DNA of 32,000 nucleotides, taken from NCBI RefSeq assembly GCF_000008665.1, contig NC_000917.1:270001-302000 (forward strand), in the 5' to 3' direction. Both the position numbers and the translations under genes were made by a program. The notes under the pieces were generated by a model that made no database searches, had not been told where the DNA came from, and was given only the letters and a program-made list of their open reading frames with translations. Shown piece after piece: positions 18,453 to 26,354 of this stretch. Source of the DNA: Archaeoglobus fulgidus DSM 4304 (GTDB taxonomy: Archaea > Halobacteriota > Archaeoglobi > Archaeoglobales > Archaeoglobaceae). The number at the start of each line of letters is the position of its first letter. Position 1 is the stretch's first letter.

Positions 18453-18861
18453 TACAAATATTTTGGTAAGACACCTTGCTGGGGATCAAAAGGCAAAGAA
18501 ATTAATAGATCAAATTGAGATCGGGGAAATTCGCGGATATATTAACCAAATCGTGGTTTCGGAAGTTGTCTTTGTGTACATGAGACTGTTGACAAAATTA
18601 GACGCAAAAACGCTGAAGAGAAATCATGAGATTATCTGCAAAATTGACCTTGAGCCAGTTTACGAGATTCTAAGCATTTTTGTCGAATTACAATCTTCCA
18701 ATTTGATTACGGTTGAATCTCGGAAAATAATGTCGAGATACGGGCTTTTACCAAACGACGCGTTAATCGCTGCAACATGCAAGCATTATGGCATCAGGAA
18801 GATTGCAACTTTCGATGAAGATTTCAGGAGGGTTGACTTTCTGCAGGTCGTAGAGCTTTGA
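18430..18861 (+). CDS. PIN-domain VapC-type toxin, array cassette 2
   Basis: [15 protein letters not shown] ... [38 protein letters not shown]. Confidence 0.92.
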   Translation: MTSGVFVDTNILVRHLAGDQKAKKLIDQIEIGEIRGYINQIVVSEVVFVYMRLLTKLDAKTLKRNHEIICKIDLEPVYEILSIFVELQSSNLITVESRKIMSRYGLLPNDALIAATCKHYGIRKIATFDEDFRRVDFLQVVEL

Positions 18862-18868
18862 ACTGCGT

Positions 18869-18930
18869 GCTACGAAGTGTGCAAACCGCCCATGAGACTT
18901 CTAACCCAAACAGGTTTGCCACGAAGTAGC
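18869..18930. repeat. Imperfect inverted repeat in the linker between cassettes 2 and 3
   Basis: GCTACGAAGTGTGCAAACC ... GGTTTGCCACGAAGTAGC arms around a ~25-nt centre. Confidence 0.6.
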
Positions 18931-19023
18931 GAACGCCAAATTAGGATTTTAGAGATTGTGACCGGCAATCGAAAAGGAAAACATCAGCCGAAACCTATTT
19001 CTAAACCTCAACCAAATATCAGT

Positions 19024-19218
19024 ATGCCCAAAATAATCGAAGCCATCTACGAAAACGGAGTTTTCAAGCCCCTCCAGAAGGTGAATTTCAGACCGGGATC
19101 CAAAGTAAGAATTGTGATTCAAGAAGACAAAAAAGAAATCCTGCGAAAATACAAGGGTGTTTTCGGAAAAGCAGAGGTGGAGGAGTTGAGAGAATACGAA
19201 GGGGAGGTAATGCTTTGA
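19024..19218 (+). CDS. AF2212-like antitoxin, array cassette 3
   Basis: [33 protein letters not shown]. Confidence 0.9.
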
Positions 19219-19664
19219 TCGTTTTGGATACCAACATTTTCTACAACTTCCTCTTCGAAACGAACTTGACCGAAAAATCTGAAAGAATTCTCGAAACCTA
19301 CGAACCGCTGTTCTCGACTTTCACTGTTTGGAACGAGACGATTTACGTAGTTTCAAGAAAGCTTGCCGAGATAAAATTTGGAATAAAATCGTATGTAAAG
19401 TTCAGGAAATTAGTGGCAGAGGAAGGATACAGTTTCTGTGCCAAGGAGATAGAGGCTTTTGAAAGTGTAATTCGAGACTTAAACATAACAGTCTTGAGAG
19501 ACTATCAAAATCCGCGGGAAATATCGGAAATCATGAGCAAATTCAAATTACTTCCGAACGATGCCCTGATAGCTGCAACCTGCAGGCATTACGGGATAAG
19601 GAAGATCGCCACCTTCGATGAAGACTTCAGGCGAGTAGATTTTCTTGAGGTTGTTGAGCCTTAG
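19215..19664 (+). CDS. PIN-domain VapC-type toxin, array cassette 3
   Basis: [15 protein letters not shown] ... [38 protein letters not shown]. Confidence 0.92.
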
Positions 19665-19700
19665 GGGAAACCTATTTCTATTCTCAGACCCACAATCTAT

Positions 19701-19926
19701 ATGCCAAAAATCATCGAAGCTGTATATGAGAACGGAGTTGTTCAAGCCCCTTCAGAAGGTTGACTTGAAGGAGGGAGAAAAAATCCGACTTAGATTGGAT
19801 GAGAGGGGCTATATCGATCACAGTCTGATCAGAGAGCTTGAAGTTTTACTTAAAAACGCACCAAAAACAAAAATAGACCTCAGAGAACTGGAGAGGTTAC
19901 ACGATGTCGGAAAAATGCTTTATTGA
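19701..19926 (+). pseudogene. AF2212-like antitoxin, cassette 4, frameshifted near its 5' end
   Basis: [13 protein letters not shown] in one frame, then (after ~1 extra nt near 19738..19741) [42 protein letters not shown] possible internal restart exists at 19726 (MRTELFKPLQKV). Confidence 0.8.
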
Positions 19927-20359
19927 TACCACAGTGATTCTCGAAGTCATCTTAAGGAAAGAGTTCAAGATTTTAGAGAAACTGTCGGAATACGTTCTCC
20001 ATACATCTGTAAACGTTCTTGAGGAGGCATCTTTCAAGATCATCTTTGTAAGCGTGGTTGACGAACTCTCCGTTAGCCGTGTCAACATTTTCAAAGTTAA
20101 GGATAGCTTTGAGAAAGGTATAGGTTCATCCCTAACTGAAACGAGGCTTCACGCACTAAATGTGCTTAAGGATGCTCTGAAAATCATAGAAATCGACGAA
20201 CACATTTTTGATATGGCCAAGAAAATAATTCTGGAGTATAAGCTCTTGCCAAACGACGCCTTAATAGCTGCCACCTGTAAGCATTACGGCATAAAGAAAA
20301 TTGCAACTTTCGATGAGGATTTCAGGAGGCTTGATTTTCTTGAAGTACTTGGACTCTAA
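19904..20359 (+). CDS. PIN-domain VapC-type toxin, array cassette 4
   Basis: [17 protein letters not shown] ... [38 protein letters not shown]. Confidence 0.9.
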   Translation: MSEKCFIDTTVILEVILRKEFKILEKLSEYVLHTSVNVLEEASFKIIFVSVVDELSVSRVNIFKVKDSFEKGIGSSLTETRLHALNVLKDALKIIEIDEHIFDMAKKIILEYKLLPNDALIAATCKHYGIKKIATFDEDFRRLDFLEVLGL

Positions 20360-20421
20360 CTGAAAAATCAAAAAAGAAGCACCAGCCGAAACCTATTTCT
20401 TCTTTCATGCAAATTAATGAC

Positions 20422-20619
20422 ATGCCAAAAGTAATAGAAGCCGTGTATGAGAATGGCGTGTTCAAACCGTTACAGAAGGTTGACTTGAAGGAGGGGGAAA
20501 AGGTTAAGGTGGAGCTAAAGGAGAGTGTTGTGGAGTCTGTGGCTGGAATTCTCAAAGTGAGCGATGAAAAGGTGAAAAAAGCCCTTGAAATGATTGAGTA
20601 TGGAGAAGATATTTATTGA
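20422..20619 (+). CDS. AF2212-like antitoxin, array cassette 5
   Basis: [44 protein letters not shown]. Confidence 0.9.
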   Translation: MPKVIEAVYENGVFKPLQKVDLKEGEKVKVELKESVVESVAGILKVSDEKVKKALEMIEYGEDIY

Positions 20620-21001
20620 CACGAATGTCATAATCGACCTGCTGAGAGGAAAGAAAAGCGTTGTTTCCTTCTTCCGGGATGTGGAAGATGGTGAAATACA
20701 CGGCTTGACTAACAAAAACGGTGTTTCTGGAAACTGTTTACGTTTACCTGATCCTTACAACGGATAAAGGTCCGCTAACCTTAAGAAAGAGGCCAGAGCT
20801 AATTGAGAATGTAAATCTGGAGCCAGTTCTGAGAGTTTTTGAGATTATCGACATGCTGCCAACTGACAGGATTGCCAAAGAATACATAGTTGAACTTATT
20901 GGAAAATTTGGATTGCTGCCAAACGATGCCTTAATCGCAGCAACCTGCAAGCACTATGAAGATTTCAGGCAAGTGGATTTCCTTGAAGTTGTAGAGCCTT
21001 G
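20600..21001 (+). pseudogene. Decayed PIN toxin, array cassette 5
   Basis: [35 protein letters not shown].., frameshift near 20710..20725, then VFLETVYVYLILTTDKG...[15 protein letters not shown]|[14 protein letters not shown], with the conserved GIKKIATFD segment missing. Confidence 0.88.
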
Positions 21002-21050
21002 AATTCGTGCTAAGGAGTGTGCAAACCATCCGGCAACGTAATCTCAGTGT

Positions 21051-22025
21051 CTATCGGAGAACCCCTGCTAACCTCGCAACCTTCAGAGCCTTGCCAAAAC
21101 CAAGCCCCTCGATGTAGTCTTCAACTGCCTTAAACCTCACTTTTTGCTGAACTTCCCTCCTCTTCTCCAGAAACTTCCTGAGCTCTCTGATAGCGTCGAT
21201 TTTTGACTTCAAAATTGCAAAATTGCCCCTCAGGCAGAAGAACAGCATCGAGCTGAAATTTCTCAGGATGAAGTAAGGAAACTCCCTCAGAAGTAAATCC
21301 CTGGGCACGTTCTTAACCACACTCCACACCCAGTTCCTGCTGTTGTAATACACAGAGAAATCCGATAAGAAGCCCGTAGATGCTGAGTGTAGGTGATAAG
21401 CTATGGCCGTTGGAACGTACAGAATCTTCCAACCTCTAATCAATGCTCTTAAACTCAAATCCACATCCTCGTTATACATGAAGTAGTCCTCATCAAACAA
21501 ACCCACGTCCTCGAAAAGGCTTCTGCGATACATTGCAGCCGCAGCGCATGCTCCGGCAACGTAGCAAGGCTCGTCAAACTGCCCCTCATCCTTCTCCAAA
21601 AACCCCCTCTCCATCACAGCCAGACCTCTGTGTATTGCATGTCCCGCCGAGTTTATTCGCCCGTCCTCAAACAGTATTTTGGATGCAAAGATTCCCGCCC
21701 TTAAATCATCTGCAGCCTTCAGCATCTCTTCTGCCCAGTTTCTTTCCAGAAAGGCATCGTTGTTTACGAGGGCAACGAATTTAGTGTTTGCCATTTCAAT
21801 TCCCTGATTGGCAGCCTTGGCAAACCCCAAATTCTCCTCATTCCGAATAACCTCAAACCGAGAGTAATAATCCTCAAAATTCCTCAAAATATCTCTGGAT
21901 CCATCTGTTGAACCGTTGTCTATCACCAGAACTCTGAGTTTTCTGTAAGTCTGGTTTATTATGGAATTCAGGCATTCTTTCAGGTATTTTTCCCCGTTGT
22001 AGTTAACCACTATGAAGGTCAGCAT
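21051..22025 (-). CDS. GT2-family (rhamnosyltransferase-like) glycosyltransferase
   Basis: LTFIVVNYNGEKYLKECLNSIINQTYRKLRVLVIDNGSTDGS; YNEDVDLSLRALIRGWKILYVP. Confidence 0.9.
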   Translation of the reverse strand: MLTFIVVNYNGEKYLKECLNSIINQTYRKLRVLVIDNGSTDGSRDILRNFEDYYSRFEVIRNEENLGFAKAANQGIEMANTKFVALVNNDAFLERNWAEEMLKAADDLRAGIFASKILFEDGRINSAGHAIHRGLAVMERGFLEKDEGQFDEPCYVAGACAAAAMYRRSLFEDVGLFDEDYFMYNEDVDLSLRALIRGWKILYVPTAIAYHLHSASTGFLSDFSVYYNSRNWVWSVVKNVPRDLLLREFPYFILRNFSSMLFFCLRGNFAILKSKIDAIRELRKFLEKRREVQQKVRFKAVEDYIEGLGFGKALKVARLAGVLR

Positions 22026-22879
22026 CTTCTCCCTTTCCTACTTAAAATTCCGTGAACCACCCCTTTAAGGTATTGGATGATGTCACCTTTCCTCTTCAGC
22101 CTCACCAAATAGTATAAAACCCTCAGCGGCTCGGTAATCAGCGCATAGAAAAACATCGCTTTTCCAGCTCTTCTCGCCACTATCAGCCAGTTTCTGGCAG
22201 TATAGTAAAGATAATGGGGGCTGAACAGTCCCAGGGAGGCAGATACCTTGTGTCTCACCACAGCTTTGCATACGGCGAGCCTGTAACCCTTCTTCCTCGC
22301 TCTTATGCACCACTCCGTCTCCTCGTGCATCATGAAAAGCTCCTCGTCAAAGAAGCCCACGTCCTTCAAAGCCGAGCTTCTTATCAGCATCGCACATCCA
22401 ACAAGCCCAAAAGGAGAGTCGAAACTTATCTCAACCTCAACCATCTTGTTCTTCAAATGCAAAACAGGATATCCAAGAAAAATGCGTGTGCCAGCAGACC
22501 ATATTCTTTCGTCGCCGTAGTACTTCACCACAGGCTGACAGGCTGCAATTGTCTCATCTTCTTCCATCTCTGAGACCATTCTTTCTACTGCATCCCTCTC
22601 AAAAACCACGTCGTTGTTGGAAATCAGCACGTAATCGGCTTTGTCAATAACAGCTCTAATGCCAGCATTGCAACCTCCCGCATACCCCCTGTTCTCACCG
22701 AGTTCTAGCATTTCAACCTGAGGATACTTCCTTCTGAGCTTCTCTATCACCTCTCTCTCCGATCCGTTGTCCACCACAACTACCCTGCACGGATATGTCT
22801 GGTTCAAGAGGGAGTCTATGCATTCAGCGGTATCATCGAAATTGTTGTAGTTCACAACGATTGCGTAAACAGTCCTCAT
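22019..22879 (-). CDS. GT2-family glycosyltransferase
   Basis: YAIVVNYNNFDDTAECIDSLLNQTYPCRVVVVDNGS; LISNNDVVF; HEETEWCIRARKKGYRLAVC. Confidence 0.9.
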   Translation of the reverse strand: MRTVYAIVVNYNNFDDTAECIDSLLNQTYPCRVVVVDNGSEREVIEKLRRKYPQVEMLELGENRGYAGGCNAGIRAVIDKADYVLISNNDVVFERDAVERMVSEMEEDETIAACQPVVKYYGDERIWSAGTRIFLGYPVLHLKNKMVEVEISFDSPFGLVGCAMLIRSSALKDVGFFDEELFMMHEETEWCIRARKKGYRLAVCKAVVRHKVSASLGLFSPHYLYYTARNWLIVARRAGKAMFFYALITEPLRVLYYLVRLKRKGDIIQYLKGVVHGILSRKGRRC

Positions 22880-23388
22880 TTATGCGGAGGATAAAACCAG
22901 TCCCACGGCTTTCCGCAGCGAGGGTCGTCTTCCCTGCCGTTTATCTTTGCAGGCACAATTGTGGAGTCGTTCCAGGGCCTCCTCACCTCGTCGGGATTCT
23001 CGTAGTCATACAGTCTGCTGACGAAATACACCAGCACTGCAGGCTCCACCCCAATCGCCTTGAAGCCGTGCCAGTAATGTCCCGGCACCCTCACAACCTG
23101 AAGGTTTTTGCCCGTCGAAACTATTTCTGCCAGCTCCTGAGTTTCATCATCGTAGGCACATATCTTTATCGCCCCGCCTATGCAGACGAAGTAGTCCACC
23201 TGCCCCCTCTCATGCTTGTGCCAAGCCCTCACGATTCCCGGATAGGTCACGGACATGTTCGCCTGAAGGATTTCATCCTCAAAAACATCCCAGTCTCTTC
23301 GCATTATCTCCGTGAAGAAACCCCTCTCGTCTGCGAAGGTTTTGAGCGGTTTAACAACGATACCTGGCAGCATACTACCACCAATCAA
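22876..23388 (-). CDS. rfbC: dTDP-4-dehydrorhamnose 3,5-epimerase-like protein
   Basis: LKTFADERGFFTEIMRRDWDVF, NMSVTYPGIVRAWHKHERGQVDYFVCIGG; clustered with rfbA/B/D. Confidence 0.85.
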   Translation of the reverse strand: MIGGSMLPGIVVKPLKTFADERGFFTEIMRRDWDVFEDEILQANMSVTYPGIVRAWHKHERGQVDYFVCIGGAIKICAYDDETQELAEIVSTGKNLQVVRVPGHYWHGFKAIGVEPAVLVYFVSRLYDYENPDEVRRPWNDSTIVPAKINGREDDPRCGKPWDWFYPPHK

Positions 23389-24242
23389 ACCAAACCCTTC
23401 TCAGCTAAATAATCTCTTAAAGCTTCCCTCCAGTGCCTCATCTTAATGCCAATTCTTTCGAGTTTGTAGTTTTGCAGGGCAGAGAAAGCTGGCCTTCTCG
23501 CCAATCTGTTAAGCTCGCTCGACTTTATTGGCTGAATTTCCACATCCCAGTCGAGAATTTCGAATATTGCCTTCGTAAACTCAAACCACGAGCAGTATCC
23601 GTCGTTTACCATGTGGTAAATTCCGTAGTCGGGGCGGAGTTTGAGAAACTCTCTAACAGCGAGGGCCACGTCCTTGGTATAGGTGGGGCTCATAAACTGG
23701 TCCGCAACAATCCTCAGCTCCTGCCCCTTTCTCGCCATATCCACCACCCAGTTTACGAAGTTACCGCCCTTTCCGCTCGCCCCGGCCTTCCCGTATAGAC
23801 TTGCAACCCTGATCACGTAGTGTTTTTCCGAGTAGTTTTTCGTGAGAATTTCTCCGGCATACTTGCTCGCTCCGTAAACGTTTATAGGATTTGGCTTATC
23901 TGTCTCGACATAGGGCTCTCCCTTCTCACCATCGAAAACGTAGTCTGTACTGATGTAAATGTTAACCGCATCAATTTCCGAAGAGATTCTGGCCACATTA
24001 AGCGCCCCGATGGCGTTGACCGCAAAGGCCTTTTCCGCATGATTCTCCGCATCATCAACTCTGACATAGGCAGCGGTGTTTATGATAACGTCGGGGTGGA
24101 TGTCTCTCAGCACTTCAAGGCTTTCAGACACTGCAACATCAACATCCTCATGAGTAAGCGGATAAACTGTGAACTCCTCCTTAAGAACGTCAACAAGGTC
24201 CGTTCCAAGCTGGCCTTTGGCTCCTATTACCGCTACCTTCAT
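23385..24242 (-). CDS. rfbD: dTDP-4-dehydrorhamnose reductase
   Basis: MKVAVIGAKGQLGTDLVDVL, DVIINTAAYVRVDDAE, YISTDYVFDGEKGEPYVETDKPNPINVYGASKYAGE. Confidence 0.93.
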   Translation of the reverse strand: MKVAVIGAKGQLGTDLVDVLKEEFTVYPLTHEDVDVAVSESLEVLRDIHPDVIINTAAYVRVDDAENHAEKAFAVNAIGALNVARISSEIDAVNIYISTDYVFDGEKGEPYVETDKPNPINVYGASKYAGEILTKNYSEKHYVIRVASLYGKAGASGKGGNFVNWVVDMARKGQELRIVADQFMSPTYTKDVALAVREFLKLRPDYGIYHMVNDGYCSWFEFTKAIFEILDWDVEIQPIKSSELNRLARRPAFSALQNYKLERIGIKMRHWREALRDYLAEKGLV

Positions 24243-24243
24243 T

Positions 24244-25254
24244 CTACCATCTCAGCTTCCATGGCGTGGGATGCAAAATCCTCTCATCAGCCAGAGGCCT
24301 CCACCACCACTCGTTTTGCAGGTACCACTCAACAGTCCTCCTTATCCCTTCTTCAAAGCTAATCTTTGGCCTCCATTTCAGCTCTCTCATTATCTTCCAC
24401 GAGTCGAGGGAGTAGCGAACGTCATGTCCTGGTCTATCCTCAACATACTCAATCAGGCTCTCGTCTTTCCCCATGATTTCCAGAATCGTTTTTACAATCT
24501 CAAGGTTCGTTCTTTCCTCTCCGCTTGAAATGTTGTAAACTTCTCTTCTCTCCCCCTTCTCCATAACCTCCCAGACTGCTCTACAGTGGTCCTCGACGTA
24601 AATCCAGTCCCTCACGTTCATTCCGGTTCCGTAGATTGGGACGCTCAGATTCATTTTTGCCCTTATTATGGTCTTCGGAATCAGTTTTTCCGGGAATTGA
24701 TAGGGCCCATAGTTGTTCGTGCACCTTGTAATGGATGCGTTTAGGTTGTAAGTCCTTGCATAGCCGAGGACCAGCATGTCTGCAGCAGCTTTACTTGCTG
24801 AGTAGGGTGAGGAAGGCATCAACCCGTCCTTTTCCGTAAAGGAGCCTTTTTCAATGTCCCCGTAAACCTCATCCGTGCTGACGTGCACCAATCTTACCTC
24901 AGGATTGCACTTTCTCACTGCTTCGAGAATCGTATACACTCCAAGAAAGTTACTCTCGATGAAGGCATAGGGACTGGATATACTCCTGTCCACATGGCTC
25001 TCTGCAGCGAAGTTCACCACCGCATCTACCTTCTTAATCAGATCAGAGACGAGTTCATAGTCGTTTATATCCCCTTTGATGAAGCTGTATCTCTCATCCT
25101 CTGCCAAGTCTTTCAGATTTTCCGGATTGGAGCCGTACTTCAGAGCATCGAGGTTCAGAATCTCTACCTGGTGGTGAGCAAGAGCGTACCTAACGAAGTT
25201 GGAGCCGATGAACCCCATTCCTCCCGTAACAAGAATTCTCATCTTCCACCTCAA
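24244..25254 (-). CDS. rfbB: dTDP-glucose 4,6-dehydratase (start possibly 25242)
   Basis: MRILVTGGMGFIGSNFVRYAL, FAAESHVDRSISSP, HVSTDEVYGDI, YSASKAAADMLVLGYARTYNL, RCTNNYGPYQFPEKLIP. Confidence 0.95.
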   Translation of the reverse strand: MRWKMRILVTGGMGFIGSNFVRYALAHHQVEILNLDALKYGSNPENLKDLAEDERYSFIKGDINDYELVSDLIKKVDAVVNFAAESHVDRSISSPYAFIESNFLGVYTILEAVRKCNPEVRLVHVSTDEVYGDIEKGSFTEKDGLMPSSPYSASKAAADMLVLGYARTYNLNASITRCTNNYGPYQFPEKLIPKTIIRAKMNLSVPIYGTGMNVRDWIYVEDHCRAVWEVMEKGERREVYNISSGEERTNLEIVKTILEIMGKDESLIEYVEDRPGHDVRYSLDSWKIMRELKWRPKISFEEGIRRTVEWYLQNEWWWRPLADERILHPTPWKLRW

Positions 25255-26309
25255 AGCAGGATCTCGGAGTAATCCCCAATGGTGAATCTTAGGAACCTCT
25301 TTCTGTCGTTCTTTCTGATTCTGACTTTCCTCCCAATGAGACTCTCCTCAATTCTCTCCACACCCTCGATAATTGACTCGCTGAGAACTATGCAGTATTC
25401 AAGCGAGCTGTTTTTAATGACCGTTCTTTCACCAACGCTCGTGTAGGGCCCGATGAACGAGTTCTCGATTATGCAGTCTTCCCCGATGACCGCTGGCCCC
25501 CTTACGATGCTGTTAGTTATTTTTGCCCCTTCTCCAACCTCAACTCTTCCCTCAATTTGCGACGCCAAAACCTCTCCCTTTACACTCCTTTTTGCCCTCT
25601 CATCGAGAATCGTTGCGTTCACCTTCAGTATGTCCTCTGCCTTGCCTGTGTCGAACCACCAACCCTTCAGTTTAGCATATCCCACATTGTAACCGTTTTC
25701 AATCATTTTTTGTAGCGTGTCGGTGATTTCAAGTTCTCCTCTCCAGCTCGGTTTTAGGTCTTTGATTATGTCAAAAACAACTGGTTTGAACATATATACA
25801 CCAATTACCGCGTAGTTGCTTGGAGGTTCTTTTGGCTTCTCAATGAGTCCGACCAGTCTCTCGCCCTCAAACTTGGCAACACCAAAGGCTCTTGGATCCT
25901 CAACCTCCTTGAGAAGTATGAAGGCGTCAAAATCTTCCTCGTCAAATCTCTTAACGTATTCCTTTATACCATCCTGAATCAGGTTGTCGCCGAGATAAAC
26001 TACAAACTTTTCATCACCGACGAAGTCTTTGGCAAGATAGACTGCATGAGCAATACCGAGTGGCTTACCCTGATGGATGTATGTAATCTTGCATCCGAAC
26101 CTCGAACCATCTCCGTAGTGCTCTTCCACCATTTCTGGATAGGTCTCCCCCAAAATTATGGCTACCTCTTTGATTCCTGCACCAATCATGTCCTCAAGGC
26201 AATACTGGGAAACCGGCTTGTTGGCTACGGGAATCAGCTGCTTTGGCCCCGTAAAGGTTAGTGGTCTTAATCGGGTGCCGGCACCACCGTGAAGCAGTAC
26301 GCCCTTCAC
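25251..26309 (-). CDS. rfbA: Glucose-1-phosphate thymidylyltransferase, long form
   Basis: MKGVLLHGGAGTRLRPLTFTGPKQLIPVANKPVSQY; C-terminal hexapeptide repeats (EGRVEVGEGAKITNSIVRGPAVIGEDCIIENSFIGPYTSVG). Confidence 0.93.
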   Translation of the reverse strand: MKGVLLHGGAGTRLRPLTFTGPKQLIPVANKPVSQYCLEDMIGAGIKEVAIILGETYPEMVEEHYGDGSRFGCKITYIHQGKPLGIAHAVYLAKDFVGDEKFVVYLGDNLIQDGIKEYVKRFDEEDFDAFILLKEVEDPRAFGVAKFEGERLVGLIEKPKEPPSNYAVIGVYMFKPVVFDIIKDLKPSWRGELEITDTLQKMIENGYNVGYAKLKGWWFDTGKAEDILKVNATILDERAKRSVKGEVLASQIEGRVEVGEGAKITNSIVRGPAVIGEDCIIENSFIGPYTSVGERTVIKNSSLEYCIVLSESIIEGVERIEESLIGRKVRIRKNDRKRFLRFTIGDYSEILL

Positions 26310-26354
26310 GATAAAAGAGGGAAATTGATTTATAAAATATTGTCGGTTTTAACT

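Noticed and set aside
17362-21040. CRISPR array
   Set aside because: The repeats are >100 nt, contain coding sequence and promoters, and are spaced by hundreds of nt of ORFs; no short regularly spaced direct repeats were seen anywhere in the window.
22795-23412. 205-aa plus-strand ORF
   Set aside because: Antisense to rfbC, which has clear epimerase motifs; no recognisable protein pattern.
23820-24362. 180-aa plus-strand ORF
   Set aside because: Antisense to rfbD and the 3' end of rfbB; no independent support.
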